Assembly: GCA_013239625.1 (NCBI GenBank)
Contig: MU054220.1
Location: forward strand, 5,072,698 to 5,092,697
Length of the DNA: 20,000 bases
Direction: 5' to 3'
Source: Lama guanicoe
Taxonomy: Eukaryota
Position numbers and translations under genes: made by a program. Positions 11,895-20,000 of this stretch are shown in pieces; position 1 is the stretch's first letter, and every line of letters starts with the position of its first letter. The notes beneath the pieces are model-generated. The model was not told the DNA's origin and searched no databases. It saw only the letters and a program-made list of their open reading frames with translations.

Positions 11895-12075
11895 AAATAA
11901 TATTAGCTAACCCTTACTATGTGCTCGCACTTTGCTCAGTGGCTTACATGTAATCATTTAATCCTCACCGCTAACCTATAAGGCAGATACTAATACTAAC
12001 TTGAGATGAATAAACTGAGACATGGATACTATAAATAACCTGCTTAAGTCTGTGGCTACTAACTAGCAGAGAAAG
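11895..12075 (-). mobile_element. MIR SINE
   Basis: ttagctaacccttactatgtgc...tcatttaatcctcac...agatgaataaactgagac. Confidence 0.8.
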
Positions 12076-12100
12076 AAATATTTAAGTAGTCCTTAAAGGA

Positions 12101-12497
12101 AGTGGATTTCAGTTGTGTTGCCTACCTACCATTATTGTGTTCGTTGTTTCTTGATTTCCTTTGGAAGAATTTCTGTTCCCTCACTTTACCTAAACACTCT
12201 TTCCTCCCCTAGTTAGGGGTGGGCATGTGTCCCAACCTAGGACTGACTCTCCAGCAAAACAAAACAAAACAAAACAAATAGCTAAGGATTATTCACTTTC
12301 CAGAATGATCTGCACATCATTTCCTGCCATTTTAACTGTTTCAGATTCCTTGTTTTCTATTCTTTTCCAGCTGGGTCTTTAAACTTATTTTTTTTTTTTA
12401 ATATAGTCTTTGATTGTGTGAGCTACTTCCTACCTTTCATTTTCTGCTTAAGTTTTTGCTGATGTCTGTTGCTTACAATCAAAGCACTCTAAGAACA
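12101..12497 (+). mobile_element. Diverged ERVL-class solo LTR (LTR33/LTR16-like) with internal (CAAAA)n at 12255-12278
   Basis: ggggtgggcatgtgtcccaa; 3' end tgtgagctac...ttttctgcttaag...tctgttgcttacaatcaaag; direct repeat AAGGAA at 12096-12101 and 12497-12502. Confidence 0.6.
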
Positions 12498-14493
12498 AGG
12501 AAGAATTAGTCAGGTGAAGCTATGAGGAGGCAAGTAATTCCAAGGCAGTGGGAAGGGTGTGTACCTGAGGAGATGTGCTGCTTGTGGCTGGAGACATGGA
12601 GGTGAAGAGTGGCGTGAAATGAAGTTCAAACGTTTGGCAGGGGCCAGATACGTAAACACATGCCATATGAGGATTTGGGGATTTATCCTAAGAGCAACAT
12701 TTTGTGATTGTTTTGTTTTATTTTTGTTTTTGTTTTTAAGCAAGACATTTGCCAGCTGAACTCACTGAGGTACAAGCAGAAAGCAAGTTTATTCTTTCTT
12801 ACCACGTTCTGTTAAACTTGTTCCATTAAGCCATTTTTTTCCTTAAATTCTGCATGAGATCTTGGCTAGGTAGCACTACTGTTCTGATTCTTCTCAGATG
12901 TGAATACATTTTTAGGTTATGAAATAAATGTGTGGTTCAGTCTAAGATCAAAATTCCACGTTTTCATCCAATTATAAAATTCTTTTTCCTTTAGCCAAGG
13001 CCCAAGGCGGGCTCCGAACCTGCTTCCAGGGAGGGGTGTGATCATCTGCTTCGCCACTTCACTTTTCTCCTCCCTCTGTCCCATTAAAGGCGCCACGTCT
13101 GGCTCCTCCAGGGTTGCGGGTAGGGGTGGGCTGAGGCTTTCCCTTTCCTGGGAGATTTATTTAATGTTCCTGCAGTTTCCCTGCTGCCGACAGTGCTTCT
13201 CTTGCTGGATGTTAATGATCCCCCTCACTCCTCTACTTCCAAACCCTAACTTCTGCCAATTCACAGCTAGGTTTTTTCCACTGGGCTTACCTTCACCCTC
13301 AAGTGGTCATTTTGGACAAATCTCTTTTCCAGGAGACACAAGGCTGGAGGAGACAGCAGATAGCCTGCAGGAAGAGGCAGGGTCACTGTCTCATGGAACT
13401 CCAAGAGTGAGTGCTGTTGTTTTTCAAACAGCCTCAACTGCTCTTCACTATGCCATTAGGCAGACCAAACTCTCGCTTTTAGAATTTTTCAGGCATGCTT
13501 CACACCACCGTCTTTGTGTTATCCCAAATTCCAGGGGCCAAAGTGAAGCTCTCCTAATGCTTCTTCCGAAGCTCCCCAAAACTTGGCAATTGCCTTGGAT
13601 CCACCAAAAGTTTCCTAATCAGTCTTCCATTGGCCGATTGAGCTTATTGGGCTGAGAGCCTTGTTTTGGACTGTCATCTTTGTAAACCTGGCACCTTGTT
13701 CTACAGTGTGAGTGTAGTTGACATCTATTATTCGTAACCTGAAGGCTTCAGTCCAAACTGACACTAGAAGTGCCATTTTATTTTCTTGCAAAGTGATATA
13801 TAAGATTGGATGTTCATTATTTGCATAATTTTAACGAATATATTCTCCACTTTACTGCTCCAGCTCCCATACAAAACAAAACATCAGAATATTTTCTAAA
13901 CTGGGCCAGATTTGAGTTCCTTTACCTTAGATAGCCTTAAATCAGTCAAACAATTCCTTCCTCAGTATTCTACGGGAAGTGTGGGGCCCTTTATCTTCTT
14001 TTGGTTTCAAAAAATCATCCAGTTGTCAAATGCATGAATGTAGACCAAACATTTAAATATTCAGTGGAAATTTGGATGTATTGTATAAAGCACTCAGCAA
14101 AGTGGAAAGCCCGCTGACCACTTTCAAAATAATCCAAGCAAACAGCAATTAGGGATATATTCTACTTCTTTCCATTTGTTCACAGCTCACCAGGACATAA
14201 TGTGAGCTCCCATGCATATTGGAAGGGGAATGGACGGCAGTTAGATCATTCCTTACCTTGATATGTGACTGTCAGGGTTGCAAATAATGTGCCTGCAAAA
14301 GAAAATTGCCTCTCGGTGCACCTGAAGATGGAATTTTAAAAAATGTTTCTTCCTCCTTCCTTTTCTCTTTCCATTTACTCAGCATTACGTGACTCTGCTG
14401 TTAAGCACCTGAGGAGAAAAAGGAATTGTTTATTGTGGCCCTGGTGGGATGAGTCGGATCAAGAGAAAGTAAGCAACATAGCAAAGAAATGCT

Positions 14494-14720
14494 TTCAACA
14501 ATTATTTAGTATATATTTATTAAGCATCTATTGGGCACAAAGAACATAAAACATGGTGACTGCCTGCTAGAAACTTTTAATCTGGTTGTGAGGATAGGAT
14601 ATACATGCACCATAAATTAAACTCAGTTTGTGATATTGAAGGCAGTGTCATCCTGTACTGGGAGCCTGCAAAAGGGAAAATTACAGCCAAGAAAGTGGTA
14701 GAAGCTTCAGAGTGATAGGT
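14494..14720 (-). mobile_element. L2 3' fragment, diverged
   Basis: atatatttattaagcatctatt...aaaacatggtgactgcctgctagaaacttttaatctgg. Confidence 0.5.
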
Positions 14721-15269
14721 CAGGGCTAAATGTAAATTTCTAACAGAACTGACCAAAGATGGGTTGGTCTGCTTTATACAGAGGTGAGTTTTGTGCCATG
14801 CAAGGTATTTAAGCAAATCTGAATAAGCACTTAGCAGGAGTGTTTGTAGAGGGTAATATTGCATCTTTTGATTAGTTACTCTAACTGATTTTTAAAACAC
14901 TCACACGAGTTTGTGATGCCTTGATTCTGAGAGTCTTTTGGACAGTGTGCATGTATAGGCTTGCAAAGTGACCAGGAAAGAACTGATTGTGGTTGAGGAA
15001 GGAAAGAAGGAGCAGATTGGGACCGAAGATGGGAGGGATGCGGGAGATCCAGGCAGAGGGAATATTGTGAGATTAATGAAAGGTTTGGGGCTTTTTCTTG
15101 TCCATATATTGCAGGAGGAAACTGCATTTTCTCTAATCACATTTAGAGGCAGATTACACAAGAGTTTAAGGAACAATGTCTTAATGAATATTTTCTTCAC
15201 TGGCCGAAAATTGTAATAGTTGACCCATGAAATCAAACTGGAAGGGTGGATTAGGGAGTTTGTCTAGTT

Positions 15270-15385
15270 TGCATAAACACAACTTTGCTGAATGCCTACG
15301 GTGTTGCAGGCATCAGGCCCTGGGAGTGCAGAGATGAAAAGAAACACAGTGTCTTCTCTCCAATAGCTTATTGTTGAGCAGAGGC
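15270..15385 (-). mobile_element. L2 3' fragment
   Basis: tttgctgaatgcctacggtgttgcaggcat...gcagagatgaaaagaaacacagt...tagctta. Confidence 0.55.
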
Positions 15386-15457
15386 TTTTAAAAAGCTCAT
15401 CCTAAAATGTTTCCTGATAAATACTTAACGTTTAATTTCCCCGGTTTCATGATCACT

Positions 15458-15630
15458 TTAATAATAGCTATATTTATTGAGGACCTTCAAAGAGATAGAT
15501 GTGACGTTAGTCTCTTTCCATTTCTCATGACAACCCTTCAATGCAGATATTCTATTACCTTTGTTTTCCAAGGAGGAAAGTGAAGCTCAGAGGGGCGAAG
15601 TGTGTTGCCCAGCTTTCAGTTAGTAGCTAA
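15458..15630 (-). mobile_element. MIR SINE
   Basis: ataatagctatatttattgag...ctcatgacaaccct...gaggaaagtgaagctcagaggggcgaagtgtgttgccca. Confidence 0.7.
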
Positions 15631-15639
15631 TTGAAAATA

Positions 15640-15742
15640 CAAACATTCACTAAATTAATTGAGTGGGTAACACGTTCTAGGCACTGTTTTAGATGCTGGG
15701 TGCACAGCCTCTTATGGAATCTTCACATTCCTGGAGAGGAGG
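15640..15742 (-). mobile_element. L2 3' fragment
   Basis: aattaattgagtg...ctaggcactgttttagatgctggg...cctcttatggaatcttcacattc. Confidence 0.55.
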
Positions 15743-15749
15743 GATTCCA

Positions 15750-16195
15750 CTGTTATCCCTATTTTATGGACCCAGTAAAATTAAATAAATTGCCTGGAGT
15801 CACACAGTCCGTGTTATGGACTGAACACATAGGTCTTGCCCAGATTCATTTGTTGAAATCCTATGCTCCCCATGTGCTGATATTAAGAGGTGGAGCCCTT
15901 GGGAGATAATTAAGCCATGCGGGTAGAGCCCCATGACTCCTTTATAAAAGAGACTCCAGATTGTTCTCTTGCCCTTTTGTGCCCCGTGAGGATGCAGCGT
16001 GGAGCCAGCCATCTCTGAACCAGGATGCGGACTTGACCTCCCAGCCTCCGGAACTGTGACAGATACTTTCCAGCCGTTCAGAAGCCCCCCAGTCAGAGGT
16101 GTTCTGGGACAGCAGCCTGAGCGGACGAAGACAGCCCGCGAAGAGCAAGGATTCGGGCCCAGCCTGCTTGGTCCCCAAACTGACAGTCTTTAAAA
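15750..16195 (-). mobile_element. MIR split by an MLT1A insertion (15750-15811 and 16134-16195)
   Basis: ttatccctattttatgga...ttgcctggagtcacacag | LTR | agagcaaggattcgggcccag...gtctttaa. Confidence 0.6.
15812..16133 (+). mobile_element. MaLR solo LTR, MLT1A-like, with 5-bp TSD
   Basis: tgttatggactgaa...gttgaaatccta...tttataaaagagactccaga...cccagcctccggaactgtga...gacgaagaca; flanks GTCCG (15807-15811) and GCCCG (16134-16138). Confidence 0.9.
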
Positions 16196-17159
16196 ATAAT
16201 GCAGCCTTTCTTCTCCCCACGGTGCTGTACAGCCGACAGCGTCACTCCAGCTCTGCTTTTCTCCTCCCTTTACCAAAAAACAGAGTGAGTGACAAAAACA
16301 TTCTGAATATTTTCTTGAGAGGCCAGGAGCGAACTTGGCTGGAGGAGACCTTCCCATTAGAATGCTGAGGCTCAGTGTACAGCAGTGGCACCAGGCAGGA
16401 AAAAATGCCATGCTAATTAAGCAATTACTGAAACTCATGATTAAAACATGAGGTTGCCTTTCTAAGAGAACCCCTGGAATGAGTGGTATTCTTCATTTTG
16501 CCTCGGAGCCTGGTTGATTAGTGTCTAAGAAATTCACCTTCCTCTACTCGACGAGTAATGGGGAGGCAAGGACTGTTTCATCCATTATCTCTTTGCATCC
16601 CTAGAGATATATGGGGGAAATTAATTTAGTTTGGAATTTTAGTGGCCAGTTAATCAGATCCATCCTGCTTTTGAATCCTGGGTCATTTGCAAAATATATA
16701 CAATAGTCAGGGATTCTAATTGCAGGTTTATCACTTGGATTGGATTTCATATCTTGGATCTATGGCCAAATGCCCTTCCTCATATACTCCCCAAATCCCT
16801 GCTGCAGCTGGACCTTGGGATCTGCATTTGGGAAGGGCTGGGCTTGTAGCCAGCTTCCTCACACCAGGTGAGTGCAGGGAGCCTAGGGGAGGAATGTCTT
16901 CCATGCATGAGACCTGTAGCATGTTCATGTTTCCCCAGTAGAGATATATGGATGATGGAATGTCTGCTTCTTACCATTTTCCATGCTAGATGAATCATCC
17001 CCATTTCTGAGAGGAGAAACCAGTGAAAGTGTAGAGGGCAACAGTCTGTACCAAATACACCCAAGAGGTGCTTTATTGGCTGACAAAATCATAGGGAGCC
17101 AGAGCATACGGTTTTCACTACACTCCCTGATCTTCCTTTAATCCATTGCCCTCTCATGA

Positions 17160-17385
17160 CTTGGCAGGTGGAGAATTTGAGGCTTTGAGAAGTTAAAGTT
17201 TTGAAAGTCACATTTTTAATGACAAACAACCTGGGGTCCTATCTCATAGCATGCGAGGAGATGCTTAAGAACCCAGGGGATCAGACCCTTTATGTTATAA
17301 ATGTGCCAAGGCAAGGGACTTGCCCAAAATCAAACTGCCAGAACCAGAAGCCAGGTCTTCTGACTCCTTCTGGCTCTTTCTAGTG
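17160..17385 (-). mobile_element. Two short MIR-like fragments (about 17160-17240 and 17305-17385)
   Basis: ttgaggctttgagaagttaaag...aaagtcaca; gacttgcccaa...ccaggtcttctgactcc. Confidence 0.55.
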
Positions 17386-17716
17386 TCTCACAGAAGTCTC
17401 CTTCCTAACCCAGTGGCATCTGTGCTGTTGGTTTGTGAGCATGGTCTTCTGGATTCCAACGCTGCTCCTGAACCTCCTTCCTCAACTATGAAAGAAAAAT
17501 CATAGAGTAATATCTGCCTCTTGATTTTCTTGTGAAAACCAAATGAAGCTGGGTCTATGCAAATACTTCCAAGTTGTAACCCATTCTGCAGATGTTGGAA
17601 TATTATTTTTGAGACGGTCACTCTTTTCTCTCCTCTCAGATGAGCCCCATTAGAGCCAGTTGGGATACAGATGGCTCAGGACGCAGCTGAACTACTGGAG
17701 AAACAATCCTTCAGGG

Positions 17717-17893
17717 CAGCAATTCTCAATTCTGGCTGCACATTAAATCACCTGGAGAGTCTAAAAAATTACCCATACCTGACACTGTGCCCAGACCAAT
17801 TAAATCAGAATCTCTGGGGAGAGGGACTCCATCACAGATGAATTTTGAAAGTTTCCAAGGTGTCCTGATATATAGAGAGGTTGACAGCCACAC
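17717..17893. mobile_element. MER5-like non-autonomous hAT-Charlie DNA transposon
   Basis: cagcaattctcaattctggctgcacattaaatcacctggagag...cccagaccaattaaatcagaatctctgggg...ggttgacagccac. Confidence 0.85.
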
Positions 17894-18107
17894 TCTTGGT
17901 GATGTCACATTTTTGCATTTTACAGCAGTGACGCTTTCTTGGAATGTGGAGGTGATGGGAGATTGCATTTCCAAGCAGAACATCTTTTCATTAACACTTG
18001 TAACCTACATCCAAGCCTCAGTAGGGCCCTGTGTGGGCCTCTTCACCTTACCAGTGGCAGCTCTTTACCTGTGGCTAGCAATTTCCCTGTCTTGATGCCA
18101 CTTGAGT

Positions 18108-18202
18108 TTTACAACAGCCTTGTGAGGTCAATAATTATTGACCTTATCCACAAAGTGAGAAAACTGGGTTCTTACCTAACCCTGCCTGGAAGCAGACAGC
18201 TT
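18108..18202 (-). mobile_element. MIR fragment
   Basis: acaacagccttgtgagg...attattg...tgagaaaactggg. Confidence 0.55.
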
Positions 18203-18347
18203 TCCATGCTGCTCTTTAGAAGAGAATTTCACATGGAGTGTGATAACAGCTTGTCTTTATTCCCCACTCTGACCACGGCATCTTCCCATTTGAGAATTTG
18301 TGGGAAAAACCCACTTTGATCTAGTAAGCTTGTTGCTAACACCCAAC

Positions 18348-18482
18348 CAGATCTGTGGTCAGCAGTTATACAGGTTATGCACGATCCAACCCTAAGAAGT
18401 GCCAGTTGCTACAGTTTATGTAAATGTCACCCCTAGCTCTTGAGCAAATACCCTGGCTCAGTGGCTGTGTATGGTGAACCTG
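18348..18482. mobile_element. MER91-like hAT-Tip100 MITE, decayed internal palindrome
   Basis: CAG...CTG ends; agttatacaggttatgcac...caaccctaagaagtgcca...atgtaaatgtcacccctag...ttgagcaa mirrors the MER91 layout as I recall it. Confidence 0.6.
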
Positions 18483-18789
18483 CGTCTGCGTAAAGAGGTG
18501 CTACCTCGATCTGAAGGTTCTCTGTCTAAAGAAGGTTATCTCTCTAAAGAAATGTAAAGGACGCTGGTACAACCCTCAAATACTGTCCTTCCATGATAGG
18601 TCAAATGCTGAAATAACATAAAATCAGAGTGTGATCTATTTCTTTAACTTAACAGTGTCGTCTCCAGGCTCTCTCATTTAAAATGCATATACTCTTAGGA
18701 ACAAGGAACTATTCTAGGTTTGCTGTTGTGTTAAGGATTGATAATTCATACAGAATAGGAGTTTACACTTTTTCGTAGCTTTCATGTTG

Positions 18790-18860
18790 CCTTCTGTGAT
18801 GTAGGTATTATTGTTTCCAATTTACATATGAGCAAACTAAGGTTCAAAAAGATCATTGTC
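18790..18860 (-). mobile_element. MIR core fragment
   Basis: gtaggtattattgtttccaatttacatatgagcaaactaaggttca. Confidence 0.7.
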
Positions 18861-18889
18861 TTTCACAGATATGAAAAACAAACATGTGG

Positions 18890-18908
18890 CTTCCGGGCAA
18901 GATGGCGG
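18890..18908 (+). promoter_or_regulatory. L1 internal Pol II promoter start: ETS-like CTTCCGG plus YY1 site CAAGATGGCGG
   Basis: Motifs directly visible at 18890-18896 and 18898-18908; YY1 near +10-20 is an established L1 feature. Confidence 0.75.
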
Positions 18909-19581
18909 AGTAGAAGGACGCTTGTAAGTCACCCTCTCCCACAAATACACCAAGACCCACATCTACAGACCCACTCAGCCAACCAGAGCACCTGCGGAAC
19001 TCCGACAGATCATCGCCCTCTTCAAAAGATAAAGACGCCAAAAATCTGGTAGGAGAAAAGGAAAAAAGAAAGAACAAAAGGCAAAGCAGCGCGGGACCGG
19101 TCCCGCGGGGAGGGAGCGGCAAAGGAGGACTGGCGCTCACTCGCTGGGTCTCCCCTCTCCAACTGAGAGGCCAGCGGGACGGAGGGGGAGCCTCCGAGGC
19201 TCGGATCTGTACAGAGCAGCCCGTGTCTGACAGAACTAAGTTAAACGGGCACAGAGCGTCCCCCCGACACCCAGCCTGAGACGCGGGCCGGCAGCGGCGG
19301 GCAGGGCCGGGCTGCACAAGCCGGGCGGAGGACGGGGGCGGCTGCATGGAGGCAGCTCCGGGGGACTGCAAGGGGCTGGGCGCCGGGGCTGTGGGTGTAC
19401 AGGACAGAACAACCTGGGCCCTCCATAAAACAGCAAGGTTGATGTGCTCTCGGGGGAAGGGTGCATACCCCCATCTCTGAAAACCCGCGGAAACTTTTCA
19501 GGGGAAAAGGGGCAGGGCCCAGGCAGAGCCGCCATATTCTCCAGCGCTTAGCACCCAGGCGGGGGCAGAGGCGAAACCTGC

Positions 19582-19656
19582 NNNNNNNNNNNNNNNNNNN
19601 NNNNNNNNNNNNNNNNNNNNNNNNNNNNNNNNNNNNNNNNNNNNNNNNNNNNNNNN
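19582..19656. other. Assembly gap (75 N) in GC/G-run-rich sequence
   Basis: Direct. Confidence 1.
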
Positions 19657-20000
19657 GGGGTGGGGGGGAGGGGAGCGCGACCGGGGCGGAGCGCCGGCGC
19701 AGAGGGCGCAGCCGCACAGAGCAGCGGAGCTACCTGCAGCGCAGGCAGGGGGAGAGCGGCGCCCCGCCTATCAGGCAGGAACACAACCCCTGACCAAGGT
19801 GCTGGGAGGGGGCACGACCTGCCCTCCTGCCTGACCAGTCTGCAACATCTGACTGCGGCATCCGGAGGGGCAGTGACCCGCCCGCCCACAGCAGAGGAGA
19901 GCTGCATCTGACCCCGTGTTAGGAGGAGGCGCGATCTGCTTGCCGACAGGTGCTGGGAGCAGCACAGAAGAGGGCGCCAACGGAGGGCCTATGAAAACAA

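Larger units (their letters stand above)
11152..12745 (-). mobile_element. L2 3' remnant split into four pieces by later MLT1C, MIR and LTR insertions
   Basis: ttattcaataagatatttttgagtgcct (L2 3' end); gagaatacaagatgaa...ttctgccct; aattagtcaggtgaag...attccaaggcagtgggaa; ggcaggggccagat...ggatttgggatttatcctaagagcaa. Confidence 0.7.
18888..20000 (+). mobile_element. 5' UTR of a young, probably full-length L1, continuing beyond the window
   Basis: Abrupt AT-to-GC/CpG-rich switch; starts ggcttccgggcaagatggcggagtagaaggacg, with YY1 site at +11 as in mammalian L1 5' ends; preceded by A-rich endonuclease-type target gaaaaacaaacatgt. ORF1 is not reached. Confidence 0.85.

Noticed and set aside
13038..13655. 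Longest ORF (205 aa) as a protein-coding gene
   Set aside because: GTG start, no recognisable domain, composition typical of translated non-coding DNA
14770..14790. Strong donor GAG|GTGAGT
   Set aside because: No convincing paired acceptor; adjacent to decayed L2-like sequence
18390..18446. CTCF sites in the MER91-like element
   Set aside because: The AGGGGGCGC-type cores are decayed (aagaagtgcc; tgtcacccctag)
18888..20000. Host gene CpG-island promoter
   Set aside because: Sharp boundary, A-rich target site and YY1 at +11 fit an L1 5' end better
1..20000. CRISPR array, operon, tRNA/rRNA or prokaryotic defence system
   Set aside because: Sequence is mammalian; no regularly spaced repeats, gene-dense ORFs or structural RNA signatures seen

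Overview
AT-rich, repeat-dense non-coding mammalian genomic DNA (intronic or intergenic). No protein-coding host gene could be identified. The young L1 3' UTR and the absence of Alu, BovB/Bov-tA, PRE1 or Can-SINE elements suggest a cetartiodactyl, probably a camelid; this is inference from remembered consensus sequences. Main contents: (1) a young 5'-truncated minus-strand L1 (about 5876-7546, with recognisable but broken ORF2 C-terminus) nested in an older L1MA-type copy (5701-9424) that abuts an MLT1B-like LTR; (2) an L2 remnant (about 11152-12745) split by three later insertions; (3) several solo MaLR/ERVL LTRs, MIRs, L2 fragments, and MER5-like and MER91-like DNA transposons; (4) the CpG-rich 5' UTR/promoter of an apparently full-length plus-strand L1 from about 18888 to the window end, with a 75-N gap. 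I cannot support a new biological system. The best leads are a possible antisense promoter/ORF0-like arrangement in the L1 5' UTR, a short patch of strongly AT-to-GC-shifted sequence at about 15970-16250 (possible GC-biased gene conversion hotspot), and several well-formed orphan exon candidates including a 20-nt microexon. Repeat subfamily names were assigned by eye from memory and need RepeatMasker/Dfam confirmation.
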